Part shown: piece by piece, positions 8,549 through 17,774 of the stretch
How positions within the stretch are numbered: position 1 is the first letter of the stretch
How the letters are laid out: each line of letters opens with the position of its first letter
Origin: Thermoanaerobaculia bacterium
Lineage (GTDB): Bacteria; Acidobacteriota; Thermoanaerobaculia; UBA5066
NCBI GenBank assembly: GCA_038245905.1
Contig: JBBRRY010000033.1
Coordinates: forward strand, 1 to 38,330
Direction of reading: 5' to 3'
Length of the DNA stretch: 38,330 nucleotides
The notes under the pieces: generated by a model
Seen by the model: the letters and a program-made list of their open reading frames with translations, nothing else
The model's database searches: none
What the model was told of the DNA's origin: nothing
Position numbers and translations under genes: made by a program

Positions 8549-9180
8549 GCGAGCACCTTACGCATCTTGTCGAGGCAGCCCCAGATGCGCTTCCAGACGG
8601 TCTTCTTTGAGTAGCCCGTGGCCTTCGTCATGTCGGCCAGGCTGTATTCCTGCCCGAAATAAAGCCGCACGATGCGCTTGCACTTCGGCCCCGCGCTGCG
8701 GATCGCCTTGTTCACCATGCGCACGGCCTCGAGGCGCGCCGTGACCTTCTCGCACCCCGGATCAGCCACGTCCATCCCCTCAGGGAACTGCTGGACGGTG
8801 CGTTCCTTCGCCATCGCGACGTTGAGGCAGGTGTTCAGGAACGCGATCTTCACGTAGCCGATCGGGTCCTTCACGCGCGGGTCGCGCGCGAGAACGCGCA
8901 TGTAGACGGTCTGGACCGCGTCTTCCGCCTCTTCGCGGCTGAAGTTGTATTTCCGGACCGCGAGGCCGATGAGCTTGGGCCGGAGGACGTTGTTCAGCGC
9001 GGTCCAATCCCATTCGCCGGGCGTGACGCCCACGGCCTCGGACGTGACGTCGTCGGAGGCAGGGAGCTCGTCGGAGAGCACGGCGCGGAGCACGGAGACT
9101 TCCGACAGGTTCGACATCGACCCGCCACCGGCGAGTGCCGGCGTCATGCCCATGCCGTCCGTCGTGTTCCACACTGCCAT
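8545..9180 (-). CDS. ECF sigma factor, copy 2
   Basis: EAEDAVQTV region 2; CKRIV.LYF..YSLADM..SKKTVWKRI region 4; GGAG 7 nt before ATG 9180; ATGA overlap with the TPR gene. Confidence 0.85.
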   Translation of the reverse strand: MAVWNTTDGMGMTPALAGGGSMSNLSEVSVLRAVLSDELPASDDVTSEAVGVTPGEWDWTALNNVLRPKLIGLAVRKYNFSREEAEDAVQTVYMRVLARDPRVKDPIGYVKIAFLNTCLNVAMAKERTVQQFPEGMDVADPGCEKVTARLEAVRMVNKAIRSAGPKCKRIVRLYFGQEYSLADMTKATGYSKKTVWKRIWGCLDKMRKVLA

Positions 9181-9250
9181 GGACGAACTCCACTCAGGTG
9201 CCGCGCCAGCCTGAGCCTCTGGCGAGGTACCCGAACCTGAACCCGGTCGG

Positions 9251-9277
9251 ATTGTGTCATAAAACGCAGCCTGTCAA
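9251..9277 (-). promoter_or_regulatory. Possible housekeeping promoter for sigma copy 2
   Basis: Minus strand TTGACA-15 nt-CACAAT with an extended TG; the spacer is shorter than optimal. Confidence 0.35.
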
Positions 9278-9302
9278 GAGGAAAATCGGGGGTATGCTTC
9301 AA

Positions 9303-9410
9303 GGCGCGCCGGGATCGCGGCATGCGACCCGGACGCGTCGGCGTCCCCCGCTTTCTTCGGCTCTTTGTCTCTTGCCCGATCGGCATCTTACTTCGATGGA
9401 GAAGATAGCC
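9303..9410 (+). ncRNA. pan-motif-like cis-regulatory RNA (two hairpins, each with two bulged A)
   Basis: Stem 1, 9303-9339: GGCGCG/CGCGTC, CCGGG/CCCGG, TCGC/GCGA with bulged A9314 and A9333. Stem 2, 9382-9410: GGC/GCC, ATCTT/AAGAT, CTTC/GGAG with bulged A9390 and A9407. Directly 5' of panB; -10-like TATGCT at 9293-9298. Confidence 0.75.
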
Positions 9411-10292
9411 ATGTCCACCGTCTCCGCACTCCCGCAACGAAAAGTCACTCTCCTCACGCTTCAGGCGAAGAAGGACCGCGGCGAGCCGATCACGATGCTC
9501 ACCGCCTACGACTTCCCCACGGCCCGCGCTCTCGACCGCGCGGGCGTGGACTCGATCCTCGTCGGGGACTCGCTCGGCATGGTCGTCCTCGGGTACGACA
9601 CGACGCTTCCCGTGACGATGGAGGACATGCTCCACCACGCCCGCGCCGTGTCCCGGGGCGCGCGGACCCCGCACCTCGTCGGCGACATGCCGTTCCTGTC
9701 GTACCAGACGTCGGTCGAGGATGCGGTCAGGAACGCGGGCCGGTTCCTGAAGGACGGCGGCATGAACGCCGTTAAGCTCGAGGGCGGGCGCGAAATCGTA
9801 CCCGCGGTCCGCGCGATCGTCGCGGCCGGAATCCCGGTCGTGGGTCATATCGGCCTCACGCCGCAGAAGGTGAACCAGCTCGGCGGATTCCGCACGCAGG
9901 GCAAGTCGGCCGCCGCGGCGCGCACGTTGATCGAGGACGCGGACGCTCTCGAAGGCGCCGGGTGCCATCTTCTCGTCCTCGAGGCGATCCCCGACCGGCT
10001 CGCCGCCCTGATCACGGGGCGCCTCGCGATCCCCACGATCGGGATCGGAGCGGGTGGTGCGTGTAGCGGCCAGGTGCTCGTGACGCACGACCTCCTCGGC
10101 ATGACGGATGGGTTTACGCCGAAGTTCGTCAAGCGCTATGCGAGCTTCGGCGAGGAGATGGCGCGCGCCTTTGGCGCCTACATCGACGACGTCGCCGCCG
10201 GGCGCTTTCCAGAGACCGCCCACGCGCAGCCGCTGGACGAGGATGTCTTCCGCGCGCTCACGCGCGAATCAGAGGCGCGGCTTGTCCGCTGA
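9411..10292 (+). CDS. panB: 3-methyl-2-oxobutanoate hydroxymethyltransferase
   Basis: MLTAYD, ILVGDSLGM, VKLEGG, GHIGLTPQ, TIGIGAG motifs; SD GGAG before ATG 9411. Confidence 0.97.
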   Translation: MSTVSALPQRKVTLLTLQAKKDRGEPITMLTAYDFPTARALDRAGVDSILVGDSLGMVVLGYDTTLPVTMEDMLHHARAVSRGARTPHLVGDMPFLSYQTSVEDAVRNAGRFLKDGGMNAVKLEGGREIVPAVRAIVAAGIPVVGHIGLTPQKVNQLGGFRTQGKSAAAARTLIEDADALEGAGCHLLVLEAIPDRLAALITGRLAIPTIGIGAGGACSGQVLVTHDLLGMTDGFTPKFVKRYASFGEEMARAFGAYIDDVAAGRFPETAHAQPLDEDVFRALTRESEARLVR

Positions 10293-10304
10293 TCGGACCC
10301 GCCC

Positions 10305-11162
10305 GTGAACGTCCTCACGACGGTGGCCCAGGCGCGCGCCTTCCGCGCCGACGCCCTTGGAGCCGGCGGAGCGCGCCGAACGTTGGGCCTCGTGCCCACG
10401 ATGGGCGCCCTCCACGCCGGTCATCTGTCTCTCGTGGTGCGTGCGCGCACCGAAAACGATCACGTCGCCGTGAGCATCTTCGTCAATCCCGCCCAGTTCG
10501 GACCGAACGAGGACCTCGCAGCGTACCCGAGAACGCCGGAGCACGACCTCCGCCTTCTCGAATCGCTCGGCGTCGACGCCGTCTGGACTCCCCCGCCGGA
10601 AGTGGTCTACCCGCCCGGGTTCCAAACCACCGTCACGGTCGCCGACGTCGCCGCACCGCTCGAGGGCGCGCGCCGCCCCGGTCATTTCCGCGGCGTCGCG
10701 ACGGTGGTCGCGAAGCTCTTCAACGTTTTCCAGCCGGACCGCGCCTACTTCGGACAGAAGGACGCGCAACAGGCTGCCGTGATCCGGCGGATGGCGCGCG
10801 ATCTGGACTTCCCGGCAGAAATCGTCATCTGCCCGATCGTGCGCGAGAGCGACGGGCTCGCGATGAGCAGCCGGAACGCCTACCTGAGCCCCGACGAGCG
10901 GCGCCGCGTCCCGGCGCTCTTTCGCGCGTTGGAGGCGGGCCGGGCCGCGTTCGAGATCGGAGAGCGCGACGGCGCGGCGATCCGGCGCGTCGTCTCGCGC
11001 GTTCTTTCCACGGAACCCGCCCTCGAAGAAGACTACGTGTCTCTCGCCGACCCGGACACCCTGGCCGAGATCCTCCGCGTCGAGGGCCGGTCACTTCTTT
11101 CCATAGCCGTGCGCCTGGGCCGGACGCGCCTCATCGACAATATCGTCCTCGGAGGCACCTGA
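10305..11162 (+). CDS. panC: Pantoate--beta-alanine ligase
   Basis: VPTMGALHAGH, SIFVNPAQF, RPGHFRGV, FGQKDAQQ, GLAMSSRN, RLIDN. Confidence 0.97.
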   Translation: MNVLTTVAQARAFRADALGAGGARRTLGLVPTMGALHAGHLSLVVRARTENDHVAVSIFVNPAQFGPNEDLAAYPRTPEHDLRLLESLGVDAVWTPPPEVVYPPGFQTTVTVADVAAPLEGARRPGHFRGVATVVAKLFNVFQPDRAYFGQKDAQQAAVIRRMARDLDFPAEIVICPIVRESDGLAMSSRNAYLSPDERRRVPALFRALEAGRAAFEIGERDGAAIRRVVSRVLSTEPALEEDYVSLADPDTLAEILRVEGRSLLSIAVRLGRTRLIDNIVLGGT

Positions 11163-11932
11163 TGCTCCTCGCCATCGACGTCGGGAACAGCAACATCACG
11201 CTCGGTCTCTATGACGGGGAGAAGCCCGGCCCTCGCTGGCGCCTCGCGACGGTGCACAACCGCACGGCGGACGAGTATGGCCTCCTGCTCGACGACCTGC
11301 TCGATCATGCCGGGCTCGAGACGGACGCGGTGCACGCAGTCGTCATGGCGTCCGTCGTGCCGCCGCTGACGAGCGTTCTCGAAGAAGCGGCCGCCCGCTA
11401 CCTCGGACGCACGCCTCTCGTCGTGGATGCCGGCGTGAAAACGGGCGTACGCATCCGGTACGACGATCCGAAGCAGGTGGGCGCGGACCGGGTCGTGGAC
11501 GCGGTCGCGATCAAGCACCTCTACGGTGGCCCGGCGTGCTGCGTGGACTTCGGCACCGCGACGACGTTCGACGCGATCAGCGTCGAGGGCGATTACCTGG
11601 GCGGCGCGATCGCGCCGGGCATCGGCATCGCGGCCGACGCGCTCTTCCAGCGCGCGGCGAAGCTCCCGCGCGTGGATCTCGTGCGCCCGCCCGCCCTCAT
11701 CGGGAAAAACACAGTGCATTCCCTCCAGTCCGGGCTGCTTTTCGGCTACGTGAGCCTCGTCGAGGGAATGGTGGGGCGGTTCAAGAAGGAGCTCGGACCC
11801 TCGATGAAGACGATCGCGACCGGCGGGCTGGCCGAGACCGTCGCGAAAGAGACGACGTCGATCGACGTCGTCGCTCCGTGGCTCACGCTCGACGGCCTGC
11901 GCCTCATCCACGAAATGAACGCGGGCGGCTGA
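11162..11932 (+). CDS. coaX: Type III pantothenate kinase
   Basis: IDVGNSN, VGADR, VDFGTATT, GGAIAPG, ATGGLA. Confidence 0.96.
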   Translation: MLLAIDVGNSNITLGLYDGEKPGPRWRLATVHNRTADEYGLLLDDLLDHAGLETDAVHAVVMASVVPPLTSVLEEAAARYLGRTPLVVDAGVKTGVRIRYDDPKQVGADRVVDAVAIKHLYGGPACCVDFGTATTFDAISVEGDYLGGAIAPGIGIAADALFQRAAKLPRVDLVRPPALIGKNTVHSLQSGLLFGYVSLVEGMVGRFKKELGPSMKTIATGGLAETVAKETTSIDVVAPWLTLDGLRLIHEMNAGG

Positions 11933-11933
11933 C

Positions 11934-13142
11934 GTGAGCGTCATCCCCGTCCTCGGCGGAAAACGGATCCTGCTCGGCGTCAGCGGCTCGATCGCCGCGT
12001 ACAAGGCCGCCGACCTCGCGAGCCGGTTGGCGAAAGCGGGCGCCCGCGTGGACGCGATCCTGACCACCGCCGCGTCGCGCTTCGTCACGCCGCTCACGTT
12101 TCAATCCCTCACGGGCCGTCCCGTTCTCGCCGACCTCTGGAGCGAAGAGGCTCACGTTTTGCACGTCGGCCTCGCGGAGGGAGCTGATCTTCTCGTCGTC
12201 GCGCCCGCGACCGCGGACGTCCTCGCGAAACTCGCGCACGGGCTTGCCGACGACCTCCTCACGGTCACCGCGCTGGCCGCGCGATGCCCGCTCCTCGTCG
12301 CGCCCGCAATGGACGCCGGCATGTTCGAGCACCCTGCGGTCCAGGCGAACCTCGCGGCGCTTCGGGCGCGCGGCGCCACCGTGATCGGTCCGGCGGACGG
12401 CCGGATGGCCTCCGGTCTCGAGGGGCGCGGGCGCATGCTCGAGCCGGAAGAGATCTTCGGGCACCTGAGGCTCGCGGCAGGGCGGAACGGCCCACTTACC
12501 GGGCGACGAATCGTCGTGACGGCGGGCGGGACCCAGGAGCCGATCGACCCCGTGCGCGTCATCGCGAATCGCTCCTCCGGAAAGCAGGGTTTCGCGCTAG
12601 CACAAGCCGCCCTCGATCGCGGAGCGGCCGTGACGCTCGTGGCTGCCCCCTGTTCGCTCACGACACCCGTCGGGGCTTCGCGCATTGATGTCGCCACCGC
12701 AAAGGAGATGGCCGAGGCCGTCCTCGAGTCGTGTGCCGGCGCGGACGCGCTCGTCATGGCGGCGGCCGTCGCAGACTTCAGGCCGGCCCGCCCCTCCGCC
12801 CGGAAGCTGAAGAAGGACGCGGGTCCCCCGTCCGTCGAGCTCGAGCGCACGACCGACATCCTCGGCGTCGTCACCGCGGCGCGCGCGCGGCCCTCGTGCG
12901 TCGTCGGGTTCGCGGCCGAGACGGGCGACCTCCTCGCGAACGCACGAAAGAAGCTGAAGGAGAAACGCCTGTCTCTCATCGTCGCGAACGACGTGACGCA
13001 GCCGGGAGCGGGATTCGGCTCCGACGCGAACCGGGTCACGCTCGTCGACGCGAAAGGCGCCGAGGAGCTGCCGCTCCTCTCGAAGGCGGACGTCGCGGGG
13101 AAGATCCTCGACCGGGTTCAGGCTCTGCTTTCACAGGTCTGA
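11934..13142 (+). CDS. coaBC: Bifunctional phosphopantothenoylcysteine decarboxylase/synthase
   Basis: GSIAAYK, APAMD, TAGGTQEPIDPVR..NRSSGKQG, AAVADF, GFAAET, IVANDV. Confidence 0.96.
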   Translation: MSVIPVLGGKRILLGVSGSIAAYKAADLASRLAKAGARVDAILTTAASRFVTPLTFQSLTGRPVLADLWSEEAHVLHVGLAEGADLLVVAPATADVLAKLAHGLADDLLTVTALAARCPLLVAPAMDAGMFEHPAVQANLAALRARGATVIGPADGRMASGLEGRGRMLEPEEIFGHLRLAAGRNGPLTGRRIVVTAGGTQEPIDPVRVIANRSSGKQGFALAQAALDRGAAVTLVAAPCSLTTPVGASRIDVATAKEMAEAVLESCAGADALVMAAAVADFRPARPSARKLKKDAGPPSVELERTTDILGVVTAARARPSCVVGFAAETGDLLANARKKLKEKRLSLIVANDVTQPGAGFGSDANRVTLVDAKGAEELPLLSKADVAGKILDRVQALLSQV

Positions 13143-13187
13143 GCGCCCCGCGGGCTTAGAATCGCGTTTCCCTCCTGGAGGTGACTC

Positions 13188-14708
13188 ATGGCTCCTTCGG
13201 CCCCCACTGCCGCTGCATCCGGTCCGGCGCGAGGCGGGTCGTCCGCGTCCCACGCGGCATATGTCCCGGTTCTCTCGAACTTCATCGGGGGCATGTGGGT
13301 CGACGCCCGGGCCTCCGGAACGGTCGACGTCTTCAATCCCGCCACCGGCAAGGTGATCGCGAAGACGCCGCTCTCGACCCGGGGCGACGTGGACGCCGCC
13401 GTCGCGGCCGCGAAGGCCGCCTTCCCGGCCTGGCGCGCGACCCCCGTCGCCGAGCGCGCGCGCACGATGTTCGCGTTCAAGAACCGCCTCGAGGAGCACT
13501 TCGAAGAGATCGTCCGGATCGTCACGACCGAGCACGGCAAGACGCTCGACGAATCGCGCGGCTCCGTGCGGCGCGGCATCGAGTGCGTCGAGGTCGCCTG
13601 CGGCATGCCGTCCCTCATGATGGGCTCGGGCCTCGAAGACATCGCGCGCGGCATCGACTGCGACGTCCACCGCCAGCCGCTCGGCGTCTTCGCCGCGATC
13701 GCGCCGTTCAACTTCCCCGCCATGGTGCCGCTCTGGTTCCTGCCGTTCGCGGTGGCGTCGGGAAACACGTTCGTCCTGAAGCCGTCCGAGCTCGTGCCGC
13801 TCTCCCAGAAGCGCATCTTCGAGCTCCTCGAGAGCTGCGTCCCGCCCGGCGTCGTGAACGTCGTGAACGGCGGAGTCGACGTCGTGAACGGGCTCTGCGA
13901 GCATCCCGACGTCCGCGGGGTCTCGTTCGTGGGCTCGACGCCGGTCGCGCGGCACGTCTATCGCACGGCGACGAACGCGGGCAAGCGTGTCCAGGCCCTC
14001 GGCGGCGCGAAGAACTTCATCGTCGTGATGCCGGACGCGAACATGGACAAGTCGATCGGCATCGTGTCGGAGTCCTGCTACGGCTGCGCGGGCGAGCGGT
14101 GCCTCGCCGGCTCGATCGTCGTCACGGTCGGGAAGTCCCACGGCGACGTGCGCGAGCGCCTCGTCGCGGCGGCGAAATCGATCAAGGTCGGAGACGGCGC
14201 CGACGCCGGCGTCTCGATGGGCCCCGTCATTCGCGAGAGCGCCCGGCAGCGGGTTCTCTCATACATCGAGAAGGGCGTCGCCGAAGGCGCCGATCTCCTT
14301 CTCGACGGACGAGGCCATACCGTGAAGGGCCGCGAGAAGGGGTTCTTCCTCGGGCCGACGGTCTTCGACAAGGTGGATCCCAGGTCGTCGATCGGCCGCG
14401 AGGAGATCTTCGGGCCGGTGCTGTCGATCATGAACGTGCCGGACCTCCCGGCCGCGCTCGAGCTCCTGCACGCGCACCCGCAGGCGAACGCCACGTCCAT
14501 CTTCACGTCCAGCGGCAAGGCCGCGCGCGAGTTCGCGATGCAGGCGCCTCCCGCGATGGTGGGCGTCAACATCGGCGTCGCGGCGCCGATGTCGTTCTTT
14601 CCGTTCGGAGGCTCCAAGGAGAGCTTCTTCGGGGACGTAAAGGCGCACGGGCGCGACGGCGTCATCTTCTACACGGAGCAGAAGGTCGTCATCGAGAGGT
14701 GGTTCTAA
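13188..14708 (+). CDS. mmsA: CoA-acylating (methyl)malonate-semialdehyde dehydrogenase
   Basis: PFNFPAMVPLW, LKPSE, SFVGST, ALGGAKN, GERCLA, EEIFGPV; SD GGAGG. Confidence 0.93.
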   Translation: MAPSAPTAAASGPARGGSSASHAAYVPVLSNFIGGMWVDARASGTVDVFNPATGKVIAKTPLSTRGDVDAAVAAAKAAFPAWRATPVAERARTMFAFKNRLEEHFEEIVRIVTTEHGKTLDESRGSVRRGIECVEVACGMPSLMMGSGLEDIARGIDCDVHRQPLGVFAAIAPFNFPAMVPLWFLPFAVASGNTFVLKPSELVPLSQKRIFELLESCVPPGVVNVVNGGVDVVNGLCEHPDVRGVSFVGSTPVARHVYRTATNAGKRVQALGGAKNFIVVMPDANMDKSIGIVSESCYGCAGERCLAGSIVVTVGKSHGDVRERLVAAAKSIKVGDGADAGVSMGPVIRESARQRVLSYIEKGVAEGADLLLDGRGHTVKGREKGFFLGPTVFDKVDPRSSIGREEIFGPVLSIMNVPDLPAALELLHAHPQANATSIFTSSGKAAREFAMQAPPAMVGVNIGVAAPMSFFPFGGSKESFFGDVKAHGRDGVIFYTEQKVVIERWF

Positions 14709-15574
14709 TGCCGCGAAAGGTCACCGTCGGGCTGATCCAGACGCACAATCCCGTTTCCGATCCGAAAGCCTCCATCGCGAAGGTGCAGAAGGCGGCGCTC
14801 GCGGCAACGCTTCCTTTCGTCCACGAAGCCGGAAAGAAGGGCGTCCAGATCCTCGGACTGCAGGAGATCTTCAACGGCCCGTACTTCTGCCCGTCGCAGG
14901 ACGCGAAGTGGTACGACGCCGCCGAGCCCGTGCCGGGACCGACGACGGAGGCAATCGCGAAGGTCGCGAAGAAGTACCGAATGGCGGTCGTGGTGCCCGT
15001 CTACGAGCGCGAGGACGCGGGCGTCTACTACAACACCGCGGCCGTGTACGACTCGGACGGCACGTACCTCGGCAAGTACCGCAAGAACCACATCCCGCAC
15101 ACGTCGGGCTTCTGGGAGAAATACTTCTTCAAGCCGGGCAACATGGGCTACCCAGTCTTCCAGACACGCTACGCGAAGGTCGGTGTCTATATCTGCTACG
15201 ACCGCCACTTCCCCGAGGGCGCGCGTGCGCTCGGCCTGAACGGCGCCGAGATCGTCTTCAACCCGTCCGCCACGGTCGCCGGCCTCTCGCAGTACCTCTG
15301 GAAGCTCGAGCAGCCCGCGCACGCCGTCGCGAACGGCTACTTCGTGGCGGCGAGCAATCGCGTGGGGACGGAAGCCCCGTGGAACATCGGCCGCTTCTAT
15401 GGCACGTCGTACATCGTCGACCCGCGCGGCAATTTCCTCGCGACCGCGAGCGAGGACAAGGACGAGCTCGTCGTCGCGACCTGCGACCTCGACCTGATCG
15501 AAGAGGTCCGCCGGACGTGGCAGTTCTTCCGGGACCGCCGGCCGGAGACGTACGGCGACCTCACGGCTCTCTGA
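14708..15574 (+). CDS. Beta-ureidopropionase (nitrilase family)
   Basis: ATG 14708 overlaps the mmsA TAA; triad LQEIF, YRKNHIP, ICYDRHFPE; FWEKYFFKPG; pyrimidine-degradation context. Confidence 0.9.
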   Translation: MPRKVTVGLIQTHNPVSDPKASIAKVQKAALAATLPFVHEAGKKGVQILGLQEIFNGPYFCPSQDAKWYDAAEPVPGPTTEAIAKVAKKYRMAVVVPVYEREDAGVYYNTAAVYDSDGTYLGKYRKNHIPHTSGFWEKYFFKPGNMGYPVFQTRYAKVGVYICYDRHFPEGARALGLNGAEIVFNPSATVAGLSQYLWKLEQPAHAVANGYFVAASNRVGTEAPWNIGRFYGTSYIVDPRGNFLATASEDKDELVVATCDLDLIEEVRRTWQFFRDRRPETYGDLTAL

Positions 15575-15632
15575 GACGACCTCCCCTCGCACGCCGCGGC
15601 GGCGCACTCCGCTACAATAGTGGCCAGGAAGA

Positions 15633-17774
15633 GTGTCCATGATTTGGGTTTCCCGCAGGTGTACGGGGAGACGTGTCTTCGCGGCTGCAGCGTTGGCGGT
15701 CATGGCTCTGTTCGGCGCGGTCCGGGCCGAGGCCCAGAGAGTCGTGGACGAGTCGATCTTCAGGACTCTCGACGCGCCGCTCGCTTGGACCGCCCATGTG
15801 ACGACCGAGCCCCTTTCGCTCGACGATGGCTCCGAAGTGACGCTCGAGGTCTCTCCGGTCCAGGTCTTCGCGCCGGGAGCCCGGATCGTGGTCCACGGCA
15901 AGGGCGGCGACGTCCTGGCGCCGTTGCCGTCCGACCGCTGGTTCACGGGGCGCGTCGCCGGCGATCCGTTCTCCCTGGTCGTCCTCGCGCGCGGGCGCTC
16001 GATCCGCGGCTTCGTGATCTCGAGGGGCCGGACGTCGGTCCTCGGTCCGGAGCGCCACCCCTACGGTGACGGACCTCCCGGGCGGCTGCTCCTCCGGACG
16101 CTCGACCCGGAGACCGAGATGCCCGAGACGATGCGTCACTTCGTCTGCAGCACGGACGCGCTCCCCGTCCCCCCCGAGCCGGAGGCCCCGTTCCGGTCGC
16201 TGCGCCGCGCTCTCAGCAGCGTCATGTACGACGCCGGAGTCGCCGTCGAGACCGACTACGAGCTCTACGTCACGAAAGGCTCCTCCGCGGCGGCCCTCGC
16301 TCAATACGTCGGCGACCTCTTCGCATTCGTCTCGGCCGTGTACCAGCGGGACGTCCTCGTCACGCTGCAAGTGAACTATCTCTCCATCTGGACGACGCCG
16401 GCCGACCCGTGGAACGCGACGACGGACATTCAGGCGGCGTTGGCGGAGTTCAAGAGCTACTGGAACACGAACCAAACCGGCGTTCCCCGATCGACCGCCC
16501 ACATGCTCTCGGGCAAGGACCTCGGCGGCGGCATCGCGTACCTTAGCTCTCTCTGCAACAGCAACGCGTACGGTGTCAGCTCCAGCCTGAGCGGCGTCGC
16601 GCCCACGAACATCTCGACGACGTACTGGGACTTCCTGGTCGTCGCGCACGAGCTGGGGCACAACTTCGGGTCTCCCCACACGCACTGCTACAGCCCGCCC
16701 GTCGACAAGTGCTACTCGGGCGAGAGCGGCTGCTACAGCGGCCCGACGAGCCTTCCCCCCGAGCTGGGGACGATCATGAGCTACTGCCACGTCTACGCGG
16801 GCAGCTACTCGGCCATCAAGATGTTCCTCGGCGTACTGGGTGAGTCGAGCGAGGCAGTCCTGACGAGGATGCGGACGTTCGTGGAATCGCGTACGAGCTG
16901 CTTCGGCACGGCCCCGGGGCCCGTCGTCACGTCGATCTCCCCGGCCTCGGGCTCGACGTCAGGCGGGACGCCCGTCACGATCACGGGAACTAACTTCGTC
17001 TCAGGGGCGACCGTGGCGATCGGCGGCACCGCGGCGACGGGCGTCAGCGTCGTCGGCTCCACGACGATCAATGCGACGACAGGCGCCCACGCGGGCGGAT
17101 CCGTCGACGTGGTCGTGAAGAACCCCGACAACCAGGGGTACACCGCAGTTGGCGCGTACGCGTACTCGGGCGGTGGGCCGACGCCGACGCCGACGGCGAC
17201 ACCCACGCGGACGTTCACGCCCACCCAGACGCCGACGCCCACCCCGACGCGCACACCCACGCCGACACCACCACCCGGGACGCCAATTCCGACGCCCACG
17301 CCGACGCCCACGCCGACGCCCACGCCGACGCCCACGCCCACGCCCACGCCGACGCCGACACGGACGTCGACGCCGACTTCTCCGCCGGCGGCCGGCTCCG
17401 CGCTCTTCACCCTCACGCCCTGTCGAGCCTTCGATACCCGGGGCGCGAGTGGGCCGCTCGGCGGGCCCGCGCTCGCCGGCGGCTCTTCGCGGACGTTCAC
17501 GCTCATCGGAACGTGCGGGATTCCGGCCGGCGCGACGGTCGTATCGGCGAACGTCACGGTCGTGAGCCCCGCGGCCGGGGGCGACCTCGTGGCCTACCCC
17601 GCGACGCTCGCGGCGGCGCCGCCTACGTCGACGATCAGCTTCCGTTCGGGCAAGACGCGGGCGAACAACGCGCTCCTCCTGCTCGCGACAGATGGAACCG
17701 GACGCCTCACCGTGAAAAACAACTCGGCCGGCTCCCTCCACATCGTCCTGGACGTGAACGGCTACTACCGCTGA
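15633..17774 (+). CDS. Secreted M12/reprolysin-like zinc metalloprotease with IPT/TIG domain, Pro-Thr linker and C-terminal beta domain
   Basis: Signal peptide; HELGHNFGSPH metzincin motif; TIMSY Met-turn; PVVTSISPASG..VTITGTNF IPT; PCRAFDTR..LDVNGYY C-terminal domain. Start is 15633 or 15639. Confidence 0.88.
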   Translation: MSMIWVSRRCTGRRVFAAAALAVMALFGAVRAEAQRVVDESIFRTLDAPLAWTAHVTTEPLSLDDGSEVTLEVSPVQVFAPGARIVVHGKGGDVLAPLPSDRWFTGRVAGDPFSLVVLARGRSIRGFVISRGRTSVLGPERHPYGDGPPGRLLLRTLDPETEMPETMRHFVCSTDALPVPPEPEAPFRSLRRALSSVMYDAGVAVETDYELYVTKGSSAAALAQYVGDLFAFVSAVYQRDVLVTLQVNYLSIWTTPADPWNATTDIQAALAEFKSYWNTNQTGVPRSTAHMLSGKDLGGGIAYLSSLCNSNAYGVSSSLSGVAPTNISTTYWDFLVVAHELGHNFGSPHTHCYSPPVDKCYSGESGCYSGPTSLPPELGTIMSYCHVYAGSYSAIKMFLGVLGESSEAVLTRMRTFVESRTSCFGTAPGPVVTSISPASGSTSGGTPVTITGTNFVSGATVAIGGTAATGVSVVGSTTINATTGAHAGGSVDVVVKNPDNQGYTAVGAYAYSGGGPTPTPTATPTRTFTPTQTPTPTPTRTPTPTPPPGTPIPTPTPTPTPTPTPTPTPTPTPTPTRTSTPTSPPAAGSALFTLTPCRAFDTRGASGPLGGPALAGGSSRTFTLIGTCGIPAGATVVSANVTVVSPAAGGDLVAYPATLAAAPPTSTISFRSGKTRANNALLLLATDGTGRLTVKNNSAGSLHIVLDVNGYYR
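17178..17378 (+). repeat. Hexanucleotide tandem repeat (CCGACG/CCCACG) encoding a Pro-Thr linker
   Basis: Runs such as ccgacgcccacgccgacgcccacg, in frame within the protease gene. Confidence 0.9.

Noticed and set aside
13181-14707. Apparent 797-aa fusion ending in the nitrilase
   Set aside because: An off-frame Arg-rich shadow of mmsA; the real start is ATG 14708.
17178-17378. Tandem repeat as possible CRISPR or contingency locus
   Set aside because: In-frame hexamers without spacers; an ordinary Pro-Thr linker.
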